From the human T2T-CHM13v2.0 reference genome, Homo sapiens, in contig CP086569.2 of NCBI GenBank assembly GCA_009914755.4, positions 2,816,001-2,880,000 of the forward strand: a DNA stretch of 64,000 bases, read 5' to 3'. Position 1 is the first letter of the stretch. Each line of letters starts with the position of its first letter. This document shows positions 24,022 through 36,900 of the stretch, piece after piece. The notes beneath the pieces are model-generated. The model was given only the letters and a program-made list of their open reading frames with translations. It did not search any database and was not told the DNA's origin. Position numbers and translations under genes: made by a program.

Positions 24022-25728
24022 GCTGTGTATTTGATTTTTTTCATAATATACTTTGGATTATTATAATCTGCAGTTTGGCTTCTACTGTTATCTATTTTCT
24101 TATTTTGTTAGATATACTAATCATTTCTTACATTACCTTTTACTGTATTTTACTGTTATAATCTGAGCTCTTGAATTTAATATTTTATTTAGTTTCATAC
24201 TTTGTTGACATAATGAAAAGATGTAAATCTGTGAATTTCCTTATGGGCAAAATTTTGATTTTGTCTTATATATTTTGATATTCACTGTTATGACTATTTT
24301 TTAAAGCAATACATTTAAGCAAGTAATTTTGGAGATTGTTTTCAAATTTGTTGCTTATTTATTTAGTTTTGTTATTAGTTTCAAGATGTATTGTATTGTG
24401 TTCATTAAGTGTCCTTCATAACCTTTCTGTATTATTGTATTTTACTATAAGCTTGGTAAAAAGTAACTATTAGTATATACCCTTTAAGTATATATATAAA
24501 ATTTATGGTTTGTGGGTAGGCTGTTTGACTTTAATCTATATCATATACTATTCTAAGATCACCTCTGAAATATTATTTTTATAATTTTTCTGTAAAAAAA
24601 GTAATCTGAAATTTACATTTTTATATAATTATAATTAGGCATTCAAATTTATAATTGTAACATAGATTATATCTAGGTTTGCTATCAACATTTTTGAAAT
24701 AAATCAACCTTCATCTAATAAATTTAAATTCTAATATTTTAATATATTTATTATATATTGTAATTTTTGTAAGCTATCCAATGATCCGCACATGTATTTA
24801 TCTATCCATTTCAGCAAAAAAAAGAGAGAAGACACAAGTAGCATTGGCATCTTTTATTGATCGAAGTCAATACTTCATAAAATCAATGAGTACCATTCAT
24901 TAGTGTGTCTATGCATATCTGCAATTATGTCTTTGTGTAGATGTTTGTTGCCTTATTTTATATTTTATTTGCTCAAAATATATAAGTGAATCATTTTTGC
25001 ACCTAGAAAACATCTTAAAAACATAGTTGAGCATTCATTGTGAAACCTATAAGAATTAGGAGTTGGGGCATTGTAAAGTAGAAATGGACAAAAGAAAAAA
25101 AGAACTAACAAGCTGTCTCAAATATGAAATTTTACAAAAGGTAGAGAAAGTGTTGCCTGGGCATTTCCTGATTGTATGGCTCTCATTTATGAACTTCTTG
25201 ATGCTTAGTGTGCACTTCACAATTTAGAATTTGGTTACATTTGAGCCATGCTTGCATGTATTTTTATGAACTCTCCAGACATTGCATCTTGTGGAGTGGT
25301 ATTTTTGCCAACATATTAACTTCCAACATCCAGTGCTGTTGTAATTATTTGTAATTTAGGATTGGTATACAGAACGTTTACAATAAAGTTAACTATATAT
25401 TAAACTAATTATTAAATAATACATATTTCAAATGTAAAACACATAACACCTTAATGTGGAAGCTGAAATTTCTTCTTTTGTAATTTCCTATCTAAATGAA
25501 CATCACCCCATGTATGATTTTAATGGAATGAGTTACCCTCTGGATTCTCCTTTTCATTCCTACATTTGTTGGTGTTAAATTTAATCATTCTGTAAAAGTT
25601 AACATTATTTTTATATGTATGTTTGGACCCCTGGGTTATCATAAAATATGATATTCACATTTTATAACTTTTTGCAAATCAAACACATACTTTCATTCCT
25701 TTTATACAAGGTTATTTGCATTTTCTTT

Positions 25729-26027
25729 CTTCTTTTTTTTTGAGACAGGGCTTCACTCTTTTGCCTAGGCTGGACTATAGTGGCATGGTCTTGGCTCACT
25801 GCTACCTCCACCTCCCAGGCTCAAGCAATCCTCCCACCTCAGCCTAATAGGTAGCTGGGACAACAGGCATGAACAACCAACCACTCCTGGATAATTTTTG
25901 TAGTTTTTTTGTAGAGACAAGGTTTTACTATATTGTTAAAGCTGGCCGTGGACTCCTGGACTCAAGCAATTAACCTGCCTTGGCCTCTCAAAGCACTGGG
26001 ATTACAGACATGAGCCACTGTGCCCAG
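25729..26027 (-). mobile_element. Alu SINE in minus orientation (poly-T at its left end)
   Basis: ttttttttgagacagggcttcactcttttgcctaggctggactatagtggcatggtcttggctcactgc...gggattacagacatgagccactgtgcccag. Confidence 0.9.
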
Positions 26028-26040
26028 AAGTTTATTTCCA

Positions 26041-26337
26041 TTTTCCTTTTTTTGAAATGGAGTTTTGCACTTGTTGCCCAGGCTGGAGTGCAATGGCACA
26101 ATCTCAGCTCACTGAAACCTCCGCCTTCTAGGTTCAAGCGTTTCTTCTGCCTCAGCCTCCTGAGTAGCTGGGATTACAGGCATGTGCCACCACGCCTGAC
26201 TAATTTTGTATTTTTTTTTAGTACAGATGGGGTTTCTCCATGTTGGTCAGGCTGGTCTCAACCTCCGAACCTCAGGTGATCTTCCTACCTTGGCCTCCCA
26301 AAGTTCTGGGATTACAGGCGTGAGACACCGCCTCCAG
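26041..26337 (-). mobile_element. Second Alu SINE in minus orientation, adjacent to the previous one
   Basis: tttttttgaaatggagttttgcacttgttgcccaggctggagtgcaatggcacaatctcagctcactgaaacctccgcc...gggattacaggcgtgagacaccgcctccagcc. Confidence 0.9.
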
Positions 26338-26555
26338 CCTTATGTGCATTTTCCTTGTGTATTCTGTCATAGTGGTAAATCTCCTCAAGTTCCTAAAAGT
26401 TTTCCTCCCTGTTGCAGAGCAGCAATTTTTGGTCTTCATTGATATATATATTTTTTCTAAAATAGTTTCTTGAGTATTGTTGTCTTGCATCTCTGCTGGT
26501 GATCCTCTCTGGCTAATTTGTCCTCTAATTTATTAGAATAAGCTAAAATATAGTC

Positions 26556-28464
26556 ATATTTAACTCAAAAGTGCAAAGTCCAAAGTCTCATCTGAGATAA
26601 GGCAAGTCTCTTCCACCTGTGAGCATATAAAATAAAAAATAACTTAGTCACTTCTAAGATACAATGTTAGTACAGACATTGGGTAAACATTCCCATTTCA
26701 GAAGGGAGAAATCAGACAAAAAGAGGGACTACAGGCCCCATGCATGTCCAAAGCCCAGCAGGACAGTCATTAAATCTTCAAGCTCCAAAAGAATCTCCTT
26801 TGACTCCATGTCCCATATCCAGGGCAACTCGGTGCAAGGGGTGGGCTCCCAAAGGCTTGGGGAGCTCTGCCCCCGTCACTTTGCAGGGCTCAGCCCACAT
26901 AGCTGCTCTCATAGGCTGGCGTTGAGTGCCTGTGGCTTTTCCAGACACACAGTGAAAGCTGCTGGTAGATCTATCATTCTGGGGTCTGGAGGATGGAGGC
27001 CTTCCTCTTGCACTTCCACTAGGCAGTGCCCCAGTGAAGACTCTGTGTGGGGGCTCCAACCTCACATTTTTCCTCTGCACTGCCCTAGTAGAGGTTCTCC
27101 ATTAGGACCCTGCCCCTGCAGCAGGCTTCCTCCTAGACATCCAGGCTTTTCTATATATCATCTGAAATCTAGGCAGAGGCTCCTAAGTCTCACCTCCTGC
27201 ATTTGGTGCACCCACAGGCTTAACACCACCTGAAAGCTGCCAAGGCTTAGGGCTTGCACCCTCTGAAGCAGAAACCTGAGCTCTACTTGGGTGCGTTTTA
27301 CCTATAGCTGGAGCTGGAGGAGCTGCAATATAGTGAACAGTGGCCCAAGTATGTGCATTGCAGTGGGGCCCTGGGCCTGGTTCATGAAACCTTTCTTTCC
27401 TCTTAGACCTCTGGGCCTATGCTGGGAGGGGCTGCTGGGAAGGTCTCTGAAATGCCTTGAAGGCCTTCTCCCCATTGTCTTGGATATTAGCACTTGCCCT
27501 TTTTTTTGTTTTTAGTTATGCATATTTCTGCATGAATTTCTCCCCTGAAAATGGGCTTTTCTTTTCTACTACATGGCTAGGTTACAAATTTTCCAAATTT
27601 TTACACTCTGCTTCCCTTTTAAATATAAGTTCCAGTTTCAGAACATTTCTTTGCTCATGCATATGTGCATAGGGTGTTAGAAGTAGTCAGGTCACATCTT
27701 GCTTTGATGCTCAGAAATTTTTTCTGCCGTATACCCTAAATCATCTCTCTAAACTTCAAAGTTCCACAAATCCCTAGGGCAGGCACACAATTTAACCAAG
27801 CTCTTTTCTAAAGCATAACAAAAGTGAACTCTGCATTAGTTTACAATAAGTTCCTAATCTCCATCTTTGTCTTCCTCTGCCAGGCCTTCACCATTTTTAT
27901 CACTACCAGCATTTTGGCCTTGATCATTCAACCAGTCTCTAGGAAGTTCCACAATTTCCCCTATTTTCCTGTCTTCATCTGAGCCCTCCAAACTCTTCCA
28001 ACCTCTTCCCATTACCTAGTTTCAAAATTGCTTCCATATGTTCAGGTATGTCTTTAGAAATGCCTCACTCCTTGGTATCAGTTTTCTATAAGTCCATTCT
28101 TGTCCTGTTATAAAAAAAATCTGAACCCTGGTAATTTATAAAGAAAAGAGGTTTAGTTGGCTAAAGTTTCTGCAGGCTGTATAGGAAGCATGATGCTGGC
28201 ATTTGTTTGGCTTCTGGAGAGGCCTTTACAGTCATCACAGAAGGTGAAGGGCAAGCAAGTATGTCTTATGTGGCTGGAGCAGTAGCAAGGGAGAAGAGAG
28301 TGGAGAGGAACTATGCACTTTCAAATGACCAGATCTCATGAGAACAAAATCAAGGGAGAAATCTGCCTCCACGATTTAATTACCTTCCCCTAGGCACCAC
28401 CTCCAATATTTGGAAATACAATTCGACATGAGATTTGGGCAGGAACACAGATCCAAACCATATC
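26556..28464 (-). mobile_element. MaLR element #4, a more diverged MLT1/MST-like copy. The internal region is 26556-28085 and the 5'LTR 28086-28464. The 3'LTR and ~100 bp of internal sequence are missing where the Alu pair sits.
   Basis: The internal region is paralogous to copies #1-#3 (ORF motif DSMSHIQGNSVQGVGSQRLGELCP). The LTR carries ...ctggtaatttataaagaaaagaggtttagttgg...ccaaaccatatc. Confidence 0.8.
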
Positions 28465-31400
28465 TGTGTCACTTAGTGATTTCGGCAATTACTTGTTTTT
28501 TAATTAACCAGTTGAGTACCTTGGGACATAAATAAAATGGCATTGCTCTGAACTTGAATGCATATGCTATCTATCAAGAATCAGTATAAAATGACAAACA
28601 CAGATTTTTGCAACATATTTGGTATAGAGAGCAATGCATTCAAAGATTTATTTATTTCTCGTATCTAGGTAAGTTCTTGTTTCAAACTGTTTTTGTCAAG
28701 CATATAGCAATGGAATTTAGAGCTCAACCAATAAAAATTAATGGCAGTACCTTATATCTACTTTTTCTATAAAATACATCATAAGAAAATATGCAATTAT
28801 AGGACAGTTTATAAGTTAGAAAATAAATATTTTGACTTAGCTCTTGAATAGATCCATAACTGTGGAGTAGCTTCCCACACATTAAATTTTGTTTTTTAAT
28901 CTCAGAACATGTTGATGGTGATAAATGTAAGTGTATTACTAAATAAAATGTGAAAATACTATGTCTCTTTTAAATTTTATGATGGTAAACTTAGAAGACT
29001 ATGATGAGATTTCTATCAATTTATTATTACCTTTTCTTTAGAAAGTTGACTCTTACACCTGAAGACAACAACAACTTCTTGGTTTATGGCAAAATATCTT
29101 CTTAGCTTAGTATGAACTCAATTAATTTGTAGGAAGCTATCCTGCTGTGAAGTTATCAAAGGTGTTGGAACTAAGATTAGCATAAACTTCAAATTCAATT
29201 TAGATATTGATACATTAAATATTCATTATTACTGGATATATTTTATATAATCATCAATTAGGCATTTGCAAGAGCATAAGAGAAGTAATACTTTTACAAA
29301 TAAATTTAAGTGGCAAAAACTAACATAATAAAGCATTAACAAAAAGATCTTTCAAAGGATATTGGTTTCATTATACTACATCTTAATCTTACTTGAATAA
29401 AGGCATATAGCTATATAATATTTTGTATTGCTTTTTTTTTTTTGCTTTTCTCTTAGATTATGTGGGTTAATACAATAAAATTAAAAGTGAAAAAAAAACA
29501 TTTTTAACCTATCTGGTTTCGGCAAAGTGATGATAATATTGTTGATTTTTAAATCTCTAAAGTCCTCACAAACAATCTGAGCAAGTAATGTAACAAACAA
29601 ACCAAAACCAAAAAACAAATACATAAAAGCAACTTTGCATATCACCTTTAATAACACTGGTAAAATACCAGGAATTCTGGAATATGAGTTAATCAACTAC
29701 TAATGACTGCAATAAAAGTACAAGGATCAGTAGGTGGGCAGAAGCCAGTGGAGAGAGGGAAAAAATAATTCTGGGGATCTTAAGGGTCTTGAATATCATT
29801 ATTGACAACAAGTCCTCAGCTTCAAAAGAAAAGAACTACAATGATGGTTTAACACTCAGCCAGCAGATCTGAGTACAAATGTTAAATCTGTCATACACAA
29901 TTTAAAATATGTAAAAATTTAAATACTGACTACAGTATTACAAAAGGAGAGAGGTGATTAGGTATATTAAAGGAATTCTAAGGTCCTTTTGCTGTTTGGA
30001 AATTGGTAAATACATTAATATATTTTTATGGTATTAATAACAATAATTATTGTAATTACTAGGATAACTACCAGAAGAATAGTAAAAAGAATATAAGATT
30101 GGAAAGCTGATACAAAGAAAATGTGGAAAATAAAACAGTTGAAATTAATAAAACAAAGGAGGGGGAAAAGAGAATATAACACATGTAGGACAAATAGGAA
30201 ATGAGTAGTAAGATGGTAGATGTAACGCCAAGTATATCAGTAGTTATGATACATAATAAATTGTCTAACAAATTCAATTAAAGGCAAATAATAGCATGTT
30301 ATATTTTTTTAAATATCCAACTATATGCTGCACACAACAGGCTCACTTTAAATATGGAGAAACAAATTTTGAAAGCAAAAGAACAAAAAATCATACTATG
30401 AAATTATTACTATAGTAATTTTAGTAAAAGTACACTTTATAGAAGCAACATTACTAGAGAAAGAGAAAGATTTTGTCATGGAAGAAGGGTTAGACCCCAA
30501 GAAGGTATTTATATATACCACATAATATAGCCGCAAAATGTACAAAGCAAGATTGGACAAATGTACACTCATTGCATGAGGTTTAATTTCATTTTAACAG
30601 TTTTATTGAGCTTCATTTTAGAAATTATAAAATTCATTAGTTTTAAATATGTATTTGAAAGATTTTAGCCGCTTTACTGAGTCATAAAACCACCATCATA
30701 AATCTGTTTAGAACATTTTTATCCACTGAATAAGATTTCTCTTGTTCATTTTCAATTAATCCCTATTCCTATCCCCACACACAGGCAAACACTAATCTGT
30801 TTTTGTAAATGTCTTTCCTAGATATTTCATATAAATGGAATCTTACAACATGTGAGCTCTCGAATCTGGCTTCTCTTGCTCGGTGTAATGTTTTTAAAAT
30901 TATTCCATGATGTAGCATGCATCAATATTTGTTCTGTTTTTACTGCTGAACAGCATTCAATTGTGTGACTATAAGTCATTTGGCTGTCTGCTCAATGGTT
31001 GATGAGCATTTGAGTTGTTTCTAGTTTTGAAAAATTATGAATTAATGCTGCTATGGACATGCATATACAAGTATTTGTGTAAATATATGTCTTTATTTTT
31101 CTAGATAGGAAAATAATTGCTGAGTATTATGGTAGTTTTATGTTTAATTTCTTAAGAAGTAAAATAGTTTGCAGAGTGGCTGTAACATTTACAGTCCTGT
31201 CAATAATATATGAAGACCTTCTTCTCCACACTCTCACCAGTATGCATTATGTCCTGTTACTGATTAAAGCCATTGTAATGAATGTGAAATAATATCTCAT
31301 TTGGGTTTTAATCCGTATTGCCAAATGAATTGTGATATAGATATTTTTAATGTGTTTATTAGCCATTTGTGCATCAACTTTGGTAAACTGTCTATTTGAA

Positions 31401-31559
31401 TCTTTTGCCCATTTTTTGATTAGGTTGTTCGTTTCTTAATATTCAGTTGTAAACATTTCTTGTAAATTATGAATAAAAGTCTTTAAGTAGTGTTTCATAA
31501 ACATTCTTCCCAGGACTTTTTTGTACCTTTTTTTCTTTTTTTGGGGGGGAGGGGGAGAT

Positions 31560-32330
31560 TACTATTTTTAAAATTTAATTACTAAAATCGGTAGATATTT
31601 GTGGCATAAAACATGATACTTTGAAATATGTTCACACTGCAGAATGGCTAAATAAAGCTAGTTAGTATATCTATTATATCACTTACTTACTTACCATATT
31701 TGGAGAATGCAACCATTTAAAATCTACTCTCAACTATGGTCACCATTTTTGTGGAATACATTGAACTTATTTCTCCTGCTAACTAAAATTTTGTATCATT
31801 TGACAAACATCTCCCACTCTCACCCCCTCCCAACACCTAACTCATGGTAACCACCATTTGACTCTCTGCTTCTATTAGTTTATTTTAGATTTCACATATA
31901 AATGAGATCATGCACTATTTGTCTTTCTGTGCTTGACTTATTTCACTTAACATCATGTCCTCCAGGTATATCCACGTTGTCACAGATGAGAGGATTTCCT
32001 TTTTTAAAGTCTGAATAGTATTCCATTTTTTATATATGACACATTATTCTTTATTTATCATCCCTTGATGGACATTTAGGTTGATTCCATAACCTGGCTA
32101 CTGTTAGTAATGCTGCAATGAACATGGGAGTGCAAATATCACTTTGAAAACTTCATTTTATTTCTTTGGGACTGATATGCAGAAGTAGAGTTGGTGCATT
32201 ATGTGGTAGCTCTAGTTTTAACATTTTTAAGAAACTCCATACTGTTTTTCATAATGGTTTTAAGCTTTTCTCCATTTGAAATTGACCCAATTTCCCCATG
32301 AAATTAATGTTTACTTTTTTTTATAAACAT
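31560..32330 (-). mobile_element. L1M (old L1) 3' end fragment in minus orientation; its tail is visible as the T-rich run 31525-31545
   Basis: The + strand carries the antisense of the L1M 3' region: ...ttatttatcatcccttgatggacatttaggttgattccataacctggctactgttagtaatgctgcaatgaacatgggagtgcaaatatc (the L1 sense strand has ...catccattcatctgttgatggacatttaggttgtttccatgtcttggctattgtgaatagtgctgcaatgaacatgggagtgcagatatc). Confidence 0.7.
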
Positions 32331-32479
32331 AGAAATTGACCATCTGTGGAGGAAGAGTTAAATATTAACTTTGAACTCAATTGAACTTGAACACAAAGAA
32401 TGGTTACGTGCCAGTAAACAGCCCCTGGGCATCTGCCCAGGAGCTAGTAACCTATACTGATTGTTTTCGTAAGATACAT

Positions 32480-33599
<1,120 letters not shown>

Positions 33600-33600
<1 letters not shown>

Positions 33601-33790
33601 AGATCAACCACCTGGCATTTCAGTAAACCATTGAGTATAATGATAGCTGTGAGCTTGTCGTATACAGCCTTTGTTATATTGAAATACATTTCTTCTATAC
33701 ATAAATTGCAAAGCATATTTATTATGACAGGATGTGGAATTGTGTCAAATGCTTTTACTGCATCTATTAAGATGGCCACGTTTTATATCC
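33600..33790 (-). mobile_element. Short L1 ORF2 (reverse-transcriptase region) fragment, antisense on the + strand
   Basis: The + strand ORF FSKPLSIMIAVSLSYTAFVILKYISSIHKLQSIFIMTGCGIVSNAFTASI equals the characteristic antisense reading of L1 ORF2 (FSPFSMMLAVGLSYMAFIMLRYVPS...). Confidence 0.5.
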
Positions 33791-33791
33791 T

Positions 33792-33840
33792 GCATACTTT
33801 TAATGTACTGTGTGACATTTATTATTATTATTACTACTAT
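33792..33840. repeat. (TTA/TAT)n simple repeat; the minus-strand Alu at 33841-34133 abuts it and it probably represents that Alu's tail
   Basis: tttattattattattactactattattt. Confidence 0.8.
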
Positions 33841-34133
33841 TATTTAGAGACAGGATCTCACTCAGTCACCCAGGCTGGTGTGCAGTGATGCAATCATAGC
33901 TCACTGTAGGCTCAAACTCCTGGGCTCAAGTGATTCTCCTATCTTGGCCCCTCAAGTAGCAAGGACTTAAAAGTTCATGCCACTACACTCAGTTACTTTT
34001 CTTTATTTCTTGTAGAAATGAGGTCTCACTTTGTTTCCCAGGCTGGTCTCAAACTACTGGCCTCAAACAATTCTCCCATTTTGGCCTCCCACAGTGTTGG
34101 GATTATTGATTTGAGCCATTGGACCTGGCTTCA
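33841..34133 (-). mobile_element. Alu SINE (older, AluJ-like, minus orientation)
   Basis: agagacaggatctcactcagtcacccaggctggtgtgcagtgatgcaatcatagctcactgtaggctcaaactcctgggctcaagtgattctcc...ggcctcccacagtgttgggattattgatttgagccattggacctggc. Confidence 0.75.
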
Positions 34134-34139
34134 CATTTA

Positions 34140-35290
34140 TTAGTATGAATTATATTTCAGACAATTCATAGATCTCCATTAATTTGAGGTCAGTTACTGG
34201 AAATTTATTTTCTTTTGGTGGTATCCTGTTTCCCTGATTCTTTGTTATTGATGTAGCATGTAGTGGGTGTGGATCCTGTTTAGTATGTGGATATCTAATT
34301 GTCCCAGCACTACTGATTGAACAGATTATGGTTTCCTCAATAAACTAGCTAGAAAAAAAGTAAAAAAAAATCAGTATAACAAAAACAGAAGAATTTATTT
34401 ATAGATTTTTAACTGGTTGAATTGAGCTATATGTCTATTTTTATGCCAGTACTATAGTGTCTTGACTTACTGCTGGTTTGTAGTAGGTTTCGAAATCAGA
34501 AAGTGTGAGTCCTCACAATTGGTTTTCCTTTTCCAATTGTTATGGCTATTCTGGGCCAATTACATCTTCATATAAAATGTATACTTATGTCAATTTCAGA
34601 AAAATCTGTAGAGATTTTTATAGGAATTGCACTGATTTTTGAGATTTATTTTAAAACTACTGCCAGCCTAGCAATATTTTGTGTTTCACTCCATAAACAA
34701 GAAAGATCTTTTCAGTTATTTAGATCTTAACTACTTTTAATAATATTTTGTTCTTTTCAATGTACAAGTCCTGCATGTGTTTTGTTAAATTAATTTCTAA
34801 TTGTTCTATTTTTTTGATGCTGTTTTAATGAAATTTTTTTTTCATTTTGAATTATTTACAGAAAAACAATTTTTGTATATTATTCATGAGTGTTGCAACT
34901 TTGTAGAACACTTATTTATTAGTTCTAACAGTTTTTAAATTTTATTTCTAAGAATTTTCTCTGTATAAAATCATTTTATCTGCATACAGATATAGGTTTA
35001 TCTGTTCATTTCCAATCTGGATACTTAAAAAAAATTTTTCCTTGCCTCATTGTCATAGCTATAACCTGCTCAATAGTGTTGAACCATGAGAAAAAACATT
35101 TTAATCTTGTTCCTGATATTAGGAAAAATCTCTAATTCTTTTAAAATTCATTATTATGCTAGTTACGAGTGTATTACAGATGTTCTCTATCAGGTTGAGG
35201 AAGTTCAGTTCTATTAAGAATTAGAAGGTTTTTAATCATGAGTGGGTGAATAACTTTGTCATAATTTTTCTTCTTCATATGTTCAAGTAT
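34140..35290 (-). mobile_element. Old L1M ORF2 fragment in minus orientation. This is the left part of an element later split by nested L1 insertions; it continues at 42095.
   Basis: The + strand carries L1 antisense: ...gtcccagcactactgattgaacag (L1 antisense cccagcaccatttattgaatag), ...ttctgggccaattacatcttcatataaaatgta...ttcagaaaaatctgtagag (L1 antisense tgcgggctcttttttggttccatatgaactttaaa...ttctgtgaagaaagtcattgg) and ...tgttgaaccatgagaaaaaac...gttcctgatattagg (L1 antisense ctatgttgaatagaagtggtgagagtgggcatccttgtcttgttccagatcttagagg). Confidence 0.65.
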
Positions 35291-35389
35291 TTATTTGTTC
35301 TTTATTATATTAAATGCTATAATACACAAAAGTGAAGTAAATCTCACTTCGTGATGTGCAAACTATTTGCATTTTTCAATTATTCTGGA

Positions 35390-35735
35390 ATTTTTTTTTT
35401 AGCTTTCATTTTAGGTTCAGAGGTGCATGTGTAGATATATTATATAGGTAAATTGTTTGGGGAGTTTGGTATACACATTATTTTCTTACCTAGGTAAGAA
35501 GCACAGTACCTGCTATGTGTTTTTTTCAATCCTCAGCCTCCTCTCATTCCTCCATTCTCAAGTAGCCCTGGTGTCTGTTGTTCCCTTCTTTATGTTCACA
35601 TGTACTGAGGGTTTAGCTTCCACTTATGAGTGAAGATATACAGTATTTGGTTTTCTATTCCTGTGTCAGTATGCTTAGGATAATTTTCTCCAGCTCCATC
35701 CCTGTTGTTGCAATGGACACGATCTCATTCTTTTC
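35390..35735 (-). mobile_element. 3' end (3'UTR plus poly(A), seen as poly-T 35390-35400) of L1 #2, separated from its body by the nested young L1PA insertion
   Basis: attttaggttcagaggtgcatgtgtagatatattatataggtaaa...ccacttatgagtgaagatatacagtatttggttttctattcctgtgtcagtatgcttaggataattttctccagctccatcc is the antisense of the L1P 3'UTR (attttaggttcaggggtacatgtgcaggtttgttatataggtaaa...cccacttataagtgagaacatgtggtatttggttttctgttcctgtgttagtttgctaaggataatggcctccagctccatcc). Confidence 0.65.
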
Positions 35736-36900
35736 ATTATTATTATTATAATTTTTATTATACTTTAACTTCTGGGGTACATGTGCAGAACATGCAGTTT
35801 TGTTACATACGTATACACGTGCCATGGTGGTTTGCCACACCCACCAACCCATCACCTACATTAGGTATTTCTCCTAATGCTATCCCTTCCCTAGCCCCTC
35901 ACCCGCCGACAGGCCCAAGTGTGTGATGTTCCCCTCCCCCTCTCTGTGTCCATGTGTTCTCATTGTTCAACTCCTACTTATGTGTGAGAACATGTGGTGT
36001 TTGCTTTTCTGTTCTTGTGTTAGTTTACTGAGAATGATGGTTTCCAGCTTCATCCATGTCCCTGTAAAGGACATGAACTCATCCTTTTTTATGGCTGCAT
36101 AGCATTCCATGGTGTATATGTGCCACATTTTCTTTATCCAGTCCATCACTGATGGAGATTTGGGTTGATTCCAAGTCTTTGCTATTGTGAATAGTGCTGC
36201 AATAAACATACGTGTGCATGTGTGTTTATAGCAGAATGATTTATAATCCTTTGGGTATATACCCAGTAATGGGAATGCTGGGTCAAATGGTATTTCTGGT
36301 TCTAGATCCTTGAGGAATCACCATACTGTCTTCCACAATGGTTGAACTAATTTACACTCCCACCAACAGTGTAAAAGCATTCCTATTTCTCCACAACCTC
36401 TCCAGCATCTGTTGTTTCCTGACTTTGTAATGATCACCATTCTAACTGACATGAGATGGTATCTCATTGTGGTTTTGATTTGCATTTCTCTAATGACCAG
36501 TGATGATGAGCTTTTTTTTCATATGTTTGTTGGCTGCATAAATGTCTTCTTTTGAAAAGTCACTGTTCACATCCTTCATCCACTTTTTGACAGGGTTCTT
36601 TTCTTCTTGTAAATTTATTTAAGTTCTTTGTAGATTCTGGATATTAGCCCTTTGTCAGATGGATCGATTGCAAAAATTTTCTCCCATTCTGTGCATTGCC
36701 TGTTCACTCTGATGATAGTTTCTTTTGCTGTGCAGAAGCCCTTTAGTTTAATCAGATCCCATTTGTCAATTTTGGCTTTTGTTGCCATTGCTTTTTGTGT
36801 TTTAGACTTGAAGTCTTTGCCCATGCCTATGTCCTGAATGGTATAGCCTAAGTTTTCTTCTAGGATATTTATGGTTTTAGGTCTTATGTTTAAGTCTGTA
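35736..36900 (-). mobile_element. Young L1PA (roughly L1PA3 to L1PA7) 5'-truncated 3' fragment, 1.17 kb, nested inside L1 #2 with a 13-bp TSD ATCTCATTCTTTT
   Basis: The + strand reads ...tataatttttattatactttaacttctggggtacatgtgcagaacatgcagttttgttacatacgtatacacgtgccatggtggtttgc..., which is the antisense of the L1PA 3'UTR. Minus-strand ORFs read MFIAALFTIAKTWNQPKSPSVMDWIKKMWHIYTMECYAAIKKDEFMSFTGTWMKLETIILSKLTQEQKSKHHMFS and ...[69 protein letters not shown]...[14 protein letters not shown] (L1PA ORF2 C-terminus). The TSD copies sit at 35722-35734 and 36901-36913. Confidence 0.85.
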
